Origin: a virus
Lineage: Duplodnaviria > Caudoviricetes
Virus record (IMG/VR): IMGVR_UViG_3300017785_006519
Location: 1 to 35,183 of that record
Reading direction: 5' to 3' (one strand)
Length of the DNA stretch: 35,183 bases
The position numbers and the translations under genes were made by a program. Positions 9,480 to 17,501 of the stretch are shown here, piece by piece; the first letter of the stretch is position 1, and every line of letters starts with the position of its first letter. The notes below the pieces were generated by a model. That model was not told the origin of the DNA, ran no database searches, and saw only the letters and a program-made list of their open reading frames with translations.

Positions 9480-10544
9480 ATGCAGCCCATCCGCCACTAC
9501 ACCGCCGCCCCGCTTGAATTGACCAATGTTGACCCCGAGGCGGGCATCATGCGCAACGTCGCGCTGATGTCCATCGGCGAGGCGCTTGGGCACAACTGCC
9601 GCGTGGATCTCGCCAGCTTGCAGGGGCTGTTCAAGCTCAGCACCGGCAAGAGCATCAAAGCCTTCCTTAACCACTCCTACAACCCCGCCCCCACGGAGGT
9701 CGTCGGCGTGTTTACCGGCATCTACATTGACGCGAAAAACGGCGTGCTGCGCGCCTCGCAGTTCAAGGCGCTCGACGCCTTCAAGACGCACAACCCGCAA
9801 GCCTACGACACCCTGTTTGAGTTAGCCGCCACCGCGCCCGATTCCTTCGGCGTGTCGGTGTCCATTTACCAAGAACTAGAGGACGCCGAAGACGGCGGCG
9901 CGGCCTACATCCGCCCCACGTCAATCGAGAGCGCCGACTTCGTTTCGACGCCCGCCGCCAACAAGGCGCTGTTCAGCCAAGAGAATCCGGTTGACGTATC
10001 CAGAAATCCGATACAGGAATCAGAGCAAGAACCTGCGCCGCAAGTCGTGGCGGAGGAAGTTCCGATTTTACAACCCACTCCCCTCCCCTCACTTCTTATG
10101 TCCAAGAAAATTTACGCCGCCTTTAAGGCTCGCCCCGACGCACTCATTCAAGCCATCGCCTACGCCGCCGAAGCCCCCGAGGGCACGACCGAAGACAAGG
10201 TGGTAGAGGTCATCCAGGAACAACTCGATGCCGCCGATCAAAAAGCGATCATCGACGAGAACGCCGGACTCAAATCCAAGGTTGCCGAGCTTGAGGCCAA
10301 GATTGCCGAGCTGTCCCCCGAGGCCGCCAAGGTCGAAGGGCTCAGCGCCAAGATCGCCGAGCAAGACGTTCAGCTTGCCGAGTTCTCCAAGCGCACCGCC
10401 CGTTTCGGCGTCCGCGCCCTGAGCGTCGGTAAGCCCGAAGCCGCCGCAGTAAGTTTCGCCACCTGCTCACCCGCCGAGTTCTCCGCCAAAGCACCCAGCG
10501 AGAAAATGAAGTTTTCCCGCGAAGGTGGCCGCATCGTCGAGTAA
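9480..10544 (+). CDS. Prohead protease/scaffold fusion
   Basis: Protease-like N-domain (NH, FGVSVS, SADFVSTPAAN), Pro/Glu linker, coiled-coil C-domain; directly upstream of the capsid gene. Confidence 0.8.
   Translation: MQPIRHYTAAPLELTNVDPEAGIMRNVALMSIGEALGHNCRVDLASLQGLFKLSTGKSIKAFLNHSYNPAPTEVVGVFTGIYIDAKNGVLRASQFKALDAFKTHNPQAYDTLFELAATAPDSFGVSVSIYQELEDAEDGGAAYIRPTSIESADFVSTPAANKALFSQENPVDVSRNPIQESEQEPAPQVVAEEVPILQPTPLPSLLMSKKIYAAFKARPDALIQAIAYAAEAPEGTTEDKVVEVIQEQLDAADQKAIIDENAGLKSKVAELEAKIAELSPEAAKVEGLSAKIAEQDVQLAEFSKRTARFGVRALSVGKPEAAAVSFATCSPAEFSAKAPSEKMKFSREGGRIVE
9996..10014. promoter_or_regulatory. Late operator inside the protease gene
   Basis: ttgacGTATCcagaaatccGATAC. Confidence 0.65.
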
Positions 10545-10565
10545 GCCCCTTTTTTTACCCATCTT

Positions 10566-10584
10566 GTATCCAAAAACTGGATAC
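10566..10584. promoter_or_regulatory. Late operator upstream of the capsid gene
   Basis: GTATCcaaaaactgGATAC. Confidence 0.7.
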
Positions 10585-10626
10585 GAATTTCACCGTTAAT
10601 CCACCCAATCCGATCCCCGTTTCTTT

Positions 10627-11763
10627 ATGGCTAATACACTTACCAATCTCATCCCCGACGCTTATGCCGCTCTCGACATCGTGAGCCGCGAACTGTCCGG
10701 TTTCATCCCCTCCGTTCTCCGCGACTCCAGCGCCGACCAGATCGGCATCAGCCAGACCCTGCGTGTGCCCATCGTGCCCACCGCCACCGTCTCCACCATA
10801 ACCCCGGCGATGTCCCTGCCTGCTGCGGTTGACCAGACTATTTCGAGCGTCTCGGTTACCATGAGCAAACAGCGCGAGGCCAAGTTCTCCTGGACCGGCT
10901 CCGAGCAAAAGAGCATCAACACCGGCGTCGGCTACGCCACCATCAAGCAACTCCAGATTGCCCAGGCGATCCGCGCGCTGGTCAACGAAATGGAAACCGA
11001 CCTCGCAGCCGCCGCCATCCTCGGTGCTTCCCGCGCCTACGGCACCGCCGCAACGACCCCGTTCGGCACCGCCAACGACTACACCGACGCCGCCAACTTG
11101 GGCCGCATCCTCACCGATAACGGTTCCCCGCTGGATCGCCAGTTGGTCATATCTACCGCTGCAGGCGTGAATCTTCGCGGCAAGCAGGCCACCAGCCAGA
11201 ACGCCACCACCGACGACGTACTCCGCCAAGGCGTGCTGCTCGACATCAACGGCTTCAAGATCCGTGAGTCCTACGCTCTCGGCGCTTCGTTCACCAAGGG
11301 CACCGGCGCATCCTACGTCCTCAACGGTGCGCACGCCGTCGGTGCCACCAGTATCGTCGTGAAGACCGGCACCGGCACGGTTCTCGTTGGCGACGTGGTT
11401 ACCATCAACAGCCGCAACTACGTTGTGAGCGCCAACGCCATCGCCGCCGCAGGCACCTTCACGATCAACTCCCCCGGCCTCGTTGACGCCGGTTCCGATG
11501 GCAACACCGTTACGCTCATCGGCAACAATAGCCGCGCTGGCGTGGCCTTCGACCGCTCCTCGCTCCTGCTCGCCACCCGCCTGCCCGACTTCCCCGTAGA
11601 AGGCGACATCGCCCTGATGCGCGAAACCATCACCGACCCCCGCACCGGCCTGTCCTTCGAGATCAGCGCCGTTGGTGGTGACCGCATGGTGACCTTCCGC
11701 GTCGGTGCAGTCTGGGGCGTTGCGGCCATCAAGCCCGCCCACGCCGCGCTGCTGATTGGCTAA
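10627..11763 (+). CDS. Major capsid protein (P22 gp5 coat-like)
   Basis: MANTLTNLIP start; TDPRTGLSF and 'VWGVAAIKP' end; 378 aa. Confidence 0.85.
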   Translation: MANTLTNLIPDAYAALDIVSRELSGFIPSVLRDSSADQIGISQTLRVPIVPTATVSTITPAMSLPAAVDQTISSVSVTMSKQREAKFSWTGSEQKSINTGVGYATIKQLQIAQAIRALVNEMETDLAAAAILGASRAYGTAATTPFGTANDYTDAANLGRILTDNGSPLDRQLVISTAAGVNLRGKQATSQNATTDDVLRQGVLLDINGFKIRESYALGASFTKGTGASYVLNGAHAVGATSIVVKTGTGTVLVGDVVTINSRNYVVSANAIAAAGTFTINSPGLVDAGSDGNTVTLIGNNSRAGVAFDRSSLLLATRLPDFPVEGDIALMRETITDPRTGLSFEISAVGGDRMVTFRVGAVWGVAAIKPAHAALLIG

Positions 11764-11781
11764 GTCTGACGACTGACGCAA

Positions 11782-12156
11782 ATGGCCTACGACCCCTCGA
11801 CGATTCCGGCAATAGACGGTCGGCTCCGTCGAGGGGTTTTTTGTGCCACCATTTACCGCAAGCCCACGCTCATCGCCTTTCGCGGCGAAGAGTATCAGGC
11901 CCGCGTTTCCGAGCCCTCGTTTCAGCGAAAAATCGGCATGGCCGGTTACACCGAGCAGACCGCCGACTTGGAAGTGATGCTCGCTCTGCCCTCGGGCATG
12001 GCGAAACCCGAACCGCAATCGACCGACTCCATCACGATTTACGAAACCGACGACAACGGCCTGCGCACGACGACCACCGTTTACCGCATCACCGACGTTC
12101 GCACCGACATGGCCCGCGATTGTTACCAGCTCACCCTATCCAAACGCCGCACCTGA
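11782..12156 (+). CDS. Head-tail adaptor/closure protein
   Basis: Position after the capsid gene; 'YRITDV...YQLTL' C-terminus. Confidence 0.6.
   Translation: MAYDPSTIPAIDGRLRRGVFCATIYRKPTLIAFRGEEYQARVSEPSFQRKIGMAGYTEQTADLEVMLALPSGMAKPEPQSTDSITIYETDDNGLRTTTTVYRITDVRTDMARDCYQLTLSKRRT
11792..11842 (+). terminator. Terminator-like hairpin after the capsid gene
   Basis: ACCCCTCGACG...CGTCGAGGGGT followed by a T-run. Confidence 0.55.
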
Positions 12157-12671
12157 TGCCCGCCCCCAGCCTAGAGCACCTTTTCGACACGCGGGCCAAT
12201 ATCGAGGCAGGATTCACCGCGTACTTGACCGCCAACGGACTCGCCGCCTTTGGCACCAGCTACACCGGCGACATTGCCGACAAGCGGGTTTTGCTCATGT
12301 ACACCCCCGGCGCATCGACCGGCCATTGCGCTACCTCTACGACCACCCTCACCGGCGAAAAGGAAAACGATTGGTTTAACGGCGAGATCCGCTTCATCGT
12401 GCAGACCGAGCGCGCCCTTGCCGACGCCGCCGAGGTGTCCGGCTTCGCCTCGCTCCATGATTACCGCGTGGCCCAGCTCAAGGTGCTCATGCTGCGCGGC
12501 TCACTCAACGGAACGATCACGGGCAAGACCGCCCTCGCGCTCGATTACCACCGCATCGCCGTACTGAGCGAAGGCGCGGAAGACAGCGGCATCGAAGGCG
12601 ATTCCTTCGACGTGACCAGCCTCTCCTACGCCGTGCAAATCCAGATAAAAGCCGACGCTTGGCCCACCTAA
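12156..12671 (+). CDS. Tail terminator-like protein
   Basis: TGATG coupling at 12154-12158; lies before the tail tube gene. Confidence 0.55.
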   Translation: MPAPSLEHLFDTRANIEAGFTAYLTANGLAAFGTSYTGDIADKRVLLMYTPGASTGHCATSTTTLTGEKENDWFNGEIRFIVQTERALADAAEVSGFASLHDYRVAQLKVLMLRGSLNGTITGKTALALDYHRIAVLSEGAEDSGIEGDSFDVTSLSYAVQIQIKADAWPT

Positions 12672-12696
12672 TTTCCGCCCTTTTTTTGTCCTCACT

Positions 12697-12715
12697 GTAT
12701 CCAAAAACTGAATAC
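12697..12715. promoter_or_regulatory. Late operator upstream of the tail tube gene
   Basis: GTATCcaaaaactgAATAC. Confidence 0.7.
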
Positions 12716-12720
12716 CATTT

Positions 12721-13053
12721 ATGCCCTCCTACGATTCACTTACCTCCCTCGTCACCACTGATGTCACCATCGGCGCCGTCGTTTACATCGTTACCGATTT
12801 TTCTGACAACGGCGCGTCCGCTGTTGGCCCTGACTTCCAAAATTCTGACGGCTCCTATCGCGGCACGCGCAAGGTTTCCGGCCCACGCGAGGCCAGCATG
12901 ACCATCGAACTGCAAGACGCCGCCGAGGCTATCCCCGCGCAGCTGGCCACGTTCACCTACCAAAGCAGCACCTGGTTGATCCTCACCGTTGGGAAAAAGA
13001 CCAGCAGCACCAGCGCCGCCTCGCTCTCCCTGTCGCTTCGCTGGACTGCCTAA
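12721..13053 (+). CDS. Putative major tail tube protein
   Basis: Position, own upstream operator, beta-rich 110 aa. Confidence 0.5.
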   Translation: MPSYDSLTSLVTTDVTIGAVVYIVTDFSDNGASAVGPDFQNSDGSYRGTRKVSGPREASMTIELQDAAEAIPAQLATFTYQSSTWLILTVGKKTSSTSAASLSLSLRWTA

Positions 13054-13056
13054 TCT

Positions 13057-13734
13057 GTGATTCCGCGCAGCTTCACGCATGTTGAGGGCTGGGCCGAAGA
13101 TTTCGCGCAGGCTGCCAAAACCCTGCGCGAGATCCGCGTCTCTGCCCTCTTTCCCCGCTCCGAGGAACTTCTCGGCGTGCGGGTGCATGCGCTCACGCTG
13201 CGCACCTGGACGATCCTTGACTTGACTGGAAACAGCCTCGTCACGGGCGGCGAAGTTAAAACGGCGGACTGCCTGCGCGCCCTGTGGATTCTACGGGCCG
13301 ATTGGCTCGGACTAGGGGAAACATCCAAGCTGGCGAAGTTTTTGCGTTATTGGCGCAGCGCGCGTGTACTGGCGCGCGTTGGCTATGACGAGGCCAAGGT
13401 GCAGGACTTGCTTGAGGCGCATATTGACTACGGCTTTGCCGACATGCCGGGGCGCTTCAACACCGGCCCCAGTGCGCCGCCCAACCCCGTGCATCACCCG
13501 CGCATGAGCTTGGAAATCCAGTTGGCAAGCGAAGGCATGGCGGCATTCCCGTCGATGAGCTTTGACGAGCTGCGCAACATGCCTTTGGCGCAGTTTTGGC
13601 AATGGCTGCACCGCGCCCGCAAGATGGAAGACCCCGAGTATAGAAACGACCAGCTAACCGACCAAGTAAACCGCCGCTATGTCGGCAAGTTAAACGCCAT
13701 GATTAGGGCTGACCGAGCTTTCAAAAATGTCTGA
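13057..13734 (+). CDS. Tail assembly chaperone-like protein
   Basis: Lies before the tape measure gene; 'ELRNMPLAQFWQW' motif. Confidence 0.55.
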   Translation: MIPRSFTHVEGWAEDFAQAAKTLREIRVSALFPRSEELLGVRVHALTLRTWTILDLTGNSLVTGGEVKTADCLRALWILRADWLGLGETSKLAKFLRYWRSARVLARVGYDEAKVQDLLEAHIDYGFADMPGRFNTGPSAPPNPVHHPRMSLEIQLASEGMAAFPSMSFDELRNMPLAQFWQWLHRARKMEDPEYRNDQLTDQVNRRYVGKLNAMIRADRAFKNV

Positions 13735-15025
13735 CAAAATCACAGCCACATTCGGGGCCGATGTTTCCGAGGTAGAAGCCAAAATGCTGCAAGCCACGCG
13801 GGCTACGGCGGCGTATGAACGCGCCGTGAAGGGCATAGATGCCGCCAACGGTAAAAGCGCGGCGAGTGGGGGCGATTTAACCAAGTCGCTTTCGCAATCA
13901 AATGAGCAGTTGGCGAAAGGATTAAACCTACTTAAAGGCGGCGCTGCGGCTGTTGGTATCGCAACGGTTATCGGTAAAATGCAAGAGTTCTCCAACTATG
14001 CAAAAGAGCTAGGAAAGAGCGCGAGCGAGGCGCAGAAGTCCGCCGCGAAATGGGGTGAGGAATTTGCCGTTTTCGGTAACACGATTAAAGGCGCAGGCGC
14101 TTCGGTGCTTGGTACGCTGGCAGGCTGGGGGCGAGACATTGGGGATAAATTCCGCGATCCCATGGATGTCGCCTACGATGACGTAGCTAAATCAAGCGAG
14201 GAAATGGCGGTGCGCCAAGAAGCGGCACTCGCCAAGTCAAAGGCAGCGCATGAAAGAGCGGCGGCAGAAATTCCCGCACTAATAGCGAAGCTCGATGCAG
14301 CTAAATACAAAACCGAGAACGTAGGGCGAGACGAAGAAGCCATCGCGCAGGATGAAAAACTCCAAATCGAAAAGCAGCTCGATGCACTCGCCAAGTCAGG
14401 CAAAAATGGATCAGTTGCCGAGGCCGAACGCATAAAACTTGAAATCCAGCTTGAGGAAAAAAAGTCGAAAATTAAAGAGCTTGAGGCAGAGCACCAAAAA
14501 AAGCGCGAAGCCGACGCCGCCAACGTCGCGAAAAAGAATTCGGATGCCGTAATTGCACAGGCTAAGGTAATCTCCGAACTCAAGAAAAAGCATATCGACG
14601 AAGAGGCCAAGGCGAAGGAGGAAGCCGACAAGATGGAGTACGACCGCAAGTGGGAGTCCGCCACGAAAGAGCAGAAGATGGCGCAGGCGCTCAAGGAGGG
14701 GCAGGCGGCCCATGCGGAAAACATGTTTGAGCGATCCGAGGCCAGCCGACTTAAACTTGAACAAGCGCGGGCCAAGTACCTCGCATTGCTTGAAGGCAAA
14801 GACGCGCCAGCAGGCGGCGGCAAAGGCGGCATGTCAGGCGAGCCCGGACGCGAGCGCGGGGCAGATGGCAAGCTGCGCAAAAACGGCGTGGTTATCAGCG
14901 AAGAAGACGCCGCCCGAACCGATAAGACCAAGGCAATGAATCAGATCACATCGGAAAATAAGGGAGTCGAACCAGTAGATATTTTGAAGCGCATCGAGGA
15001 ACTGCTGAAGCCGAAAGGCGAATAA
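13727..15025 (+). CDS. Tape measure-like protein (short)
   Basis: 'ITATFGAD' N-terminus; A/K/E-rich helical coiled coil. Confidence 0.7.
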   Translation: MSDKITATFGADVSEVEAKMLQATRATAAYERAVKGIDAANGKSAASGGDLTKSLSQSNEQLAKGLNLLKGGAAAVGIATVIGKMQEFSNYAKELGKSASEAQKSAAKWGEEFAVFGNTIKGAGASVLGTLAGWGRDIGDKFRDPMDVAYDDVAKSSEEMAVRQEAALAKSKAAHERAAAEIPALIAKLDAAKYKTENVGRDEEAIAQDEKLQIEKQLDALAKSGKNGSVAEAERIKLEIQLEEKKSKIKELEAEHQKKREADAANVAKKNSDAVIAQAKVISELKKKHIDEEAKAKEEADKMEYDRKWESATKEQKMAQALKEGQAAHAENMFERSEASRLKLEQARAKYLALLEGKDAPAGGGKGGMSGEPGRERGADGKLRKNGVVISEEDAARTDKTKAMNQITSENKGVEPVDILKRIEELLKPKGE

Positions 15026-15029
15026 ACAC

Positions 15030-15926
15030 ATGCCCACCTACGAATCCCACGTCACCACGTCGCCCGTTTTCGACAAGCCCGCCAAGATCGTTTATCCGTT
15101 CGCCAAGCTGGGAGACTACACGACAAAGGAAGTCTGGCAGCCGCTGCTTCAGCTCGCCGACCGCTACGCGCCGCCAACGATTGGCGCGGTTTTTGTGGGG
15201 GCAACTGATGCCAATTTCTCAGGCTCTCCGGTTACGATTGGCAGCGCCTATTGCATCGGCGACACCGAGCCGCAAGAAACAGAGTCGGGGCTTGTTTCGT
15301 TTACTCGCAAGTGGTCGAACATTCCAGCTTCTAATACCGACCAAATCGGCACGACCACATTCACTTATCCTGGCGTTTTGACGGCCACGGCAGGCACGCC
15401 AAAGACGATCACGGCAGTGGGCTCAATCTCTGGCCTGACTGCCAGCTACACCATCGCCGCGCATGGGTACTCGAACGGCGACCAGGTGACACTCACGCTG
15501 AAAACCACCATCGGGAATTTGTACATTTGCTCGACCATCATTTCTGGCGTGGCGACGAACACCTTCACGGCGTCATACCTGATCCCAACGGGGCAGACGT
15601 TCACGACTGGCACGGCGATTAACTCGACCTACTTTGGCGCATCTACACGCACGCGAGCGGTCAACGCCACGATGGTGAGTGAGTACTGCCTGCCGGGAGT
15701 GACGAGCGGTTACGCCACGGCGGAATCATTCCAGCCCTACCAGATTTTCAACGCGGTTGATGCCTACGGCAATTCCGTCTCTCAAATCGACGCGAGCACG
15801 GCCCCGAGCGCGATTGAGTACAGCGCGATGGTAGCGGGCGGGCTGTCGCTGATTGCGGCGTCGGCAATCAAGGCTTACAAGGGCAATATCCTCGTGCGTG
15901 AAACCACCTACGTTAAGGCGCTCTAA
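15030..15926 (+). CDS. Tail/baseplate protein
   Basis: Follows the tape measure gene; T-rich with an 'AAHGYSNGDQV' module. Confidence 0.6.
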   Translation: MPTYESHVTTSPVFDKPAKIVYPFAKLGDYTTKEVWQPLLQLADRYAPPTIGAVFVGATDANFSGSPVTIGSAYCIGDTEPQETESGLVSFTRKWSNIPASNTDQIGTTTFTYPGVLTATAGTPKTITAVGSISGLTASYTIAAHGYSNGDQVTLTLKTTIGNLYICSTIISGVATNTFTASYLIPTGQTFTTGTAINSTYFGASTRTRAVNATMVSEYCLPGVTSGYATAESFQPYQIFNAVDAYGNSVSQIDASTAPSAIEYSAMVAGGLSLIAASAIKAYKGNILVRETTYVKAL

Positions 15927-15932
15927 CCCATC

Positions 15933-16208
15933 ATGGAACCGCTCAAACAATGGCCCGCCGCGTTCGATGCTCAGGCGCAGAAGATCAATGAGATTGTGGA
16001 GGCGCTGCGTCCGCTGCTTGCGCTTAAAAGCGCGGACGGGGTAAAGCTCACCTTTTCTGACAACGACATCACCATCGGATATAACGACGGAGGCAGCGCC
16101 GGTGGAACGGGCGGCGCACTGCCGAGCGGCTACGGCCCCGAGGAGTGGACGGTGTACGACGGCGGCGTAGTGACCACGCGCAACTTCCTGACGGACAATC
16201 CAGATTAA
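15933..16208 (+). CDS. Hypothetical tail protein
   Basis: ORF continuous with the operon. Confidence 0.55.
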   Translation: MEPLKQWPAAFDAQAQKINEIVEALRPLLALKSADGVKLTFSDNDITIGYNDGGSAGGTGGALPSGYGPEEWTVYDGGVVTTRNFLTDNPD

Positions 16209-16210
16209 CC

Positions 16211-16843
16211 GTGAGCACTTCGCCCACATTTAAATACCGCGGGCCGGACAAGCGCTGCCCGTTTCCGTTTGGTCGGGACGCGGCGTTTGATCAGGGTGGT
16301 GATTATGTAACGCTAACCGCATCGGGTGGCGATGAGGGGTTGGCCGAGGCGTGCCGCATCTGGTGGCTACTTGAGTCCGTCACCCTTACCCCAACCGGAT
16401 CGGTCACGTTCACGCAAATCTTCAGCCCTTATACTGCAATAACTACGACATTTGCAGGCGACTTGGCTTTTGTGTCTTATGGTGCACCTGTTGAGAGGAT
16501 TTCATCCGCAAATGTCATTGCTTATGACGGTGCGCCAATCACAGGAACAGCAACAAATGGATACTCTGAAGGTCAGATATATCTGACATTGGGATACGTT
16601 GGCGGGTCGTGGCGGCTTTATTACATCATTTACATAACTCTTTTTAATGGTTCGCCGGGTACTGAAACTGCATTTGGCGGCATAACTGATCCATTCAATG
16701 GTGGAGGTGGAACAACGGGGACTTTCAGCCTTTTGGGATACACGCTTAGTTATTTGCAGTTTCTTGGGTCGCAAGATGGTTACAATGTGACGACTTCCGG
16801 TCTCGGATTAAGCGCAACATCCACCTCTTACACGCTGGTCTGA
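16211..16843 (+). CDS. Hypothetical tail protein
   Basis: GTG start just after the upstream stop; G/T/Y-rich. Confidence 0.55.
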   Translation: MSTSPTFKYRGPDKRCPFPFGRDAAFDQGGDYVTLTASGGDEGLAEACRIWWLLESVTLTPTGSVTFTQIFSPYTAITTTFAGDLAFVSYGAPVERISSANVIAYDGAPITGTATNGYSEGQIYLTLGYVGGSWRLYYIIYITLFNGSPGTETAFGGITDPFNGGGGTTGTFSLLGYTLSYLQFLGSQDGYNVTTSGLGLSATSTSYTLV

Positions 16844-16930
16844 GCCAACGCCGTGAGGTAATCGTGGCAGGCTTCGGCGGGTGCAAGGCCCGCCAAGCGG
16901 CGCTTAACGCGGCTATTCCGTTCAAGTGAC

Positions 16931-16949
16931 GTATTGACAAAGCCGATAC
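16931..16949. promoter_or_regulatory. Late operator overlapping TTGACA
   Basis: GTATTgacaaagccGATAC. Confidence 0.7.
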
Positions 16950-16968
16950 GCTTTGCACGCTCGGCGGC

Positions 16969-17337
16969 ATGAGTTGCGCGCCCGATCTTCTCCTTTGTTT
17001 GCCGGTCGGAACCGCCCCCAGTTGGCCGGTTAAAATCGTCTTGCCCGAAGCCGCGAATCAAGCCGTTGACCTCACCAGCGCCGCCTTGGTTTTCATCGTC
17101 AAAGCCGCCGAAGCCGATGCTGACGCCGATGCTCTTTTGTCGCTCACCAGTGCCGCCGGTGAAATCGTCATAACCGACGCCGTGACGGGCGCGGCGCAGA
17201 TCGACATGACCGCGGTCAAATCCGCCCTGCTCACGCCCGCCACGTCCTATTTTTGGCAGCTGCGCGTGACCCTTTCGAGCGGTGAAATTCGCATCGTCCG
17301 CAAAGGCAAAGTCGCCAGCGAATACGGCATCGCATGA
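16969..17337 (+). CDS. BppU N-terminal-like baseplate/fibre attachment protein
   Basis: 'AVDLTSA...ITDAVTG...YFWQLRVT' pattern. Confidence 0.6.
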   Translation: MSCAPDLLLCLPVGTAPSWPVKIVLPEAANQAVDLTSAALVFIVKAAEADADADALLSLTSAAGEIVITDAVTGAAQIDMTAVKSALLTPATSYFWQLRVTLSSGEIRIVRKGKVASEYGIA

Positions 17338-17495
17338 ACGCCATTTTCACCCGCCTGAGCAAATGGGCCGTACTCACGCGGCTGGATCTGCTGGGCATTT
17401 TCACGGCCAAAGCGCCGCTTTCCCGCGCCCGCTACCGCACGCTCCCCAACGGCACGCTGCGCACGCTCCCCAACGGCACCATCCGCCACGTTTAA
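17334..17495 (+). CDS. 53-aa protein with an RTLPNGT tandem repeat
   Basis: ATGA overlap; 20-bp tandem repeat cgcacgctccccaacggcac. Confidence 0.5.
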   Translation: MNAIFTRLSKWAVLTRLDLLGIFTAKAPLSRARYRTLPNGTLRTLPNGTIRHV

Positions 17496-17501
17496 ACGAT
17501 C

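Noticed and set aside
10555-12018. 487-aa antisense ORF over the capsid gene, and similar shadow ORFs
   Set aside because: Expected from GC-rich codon bias; no motifs.
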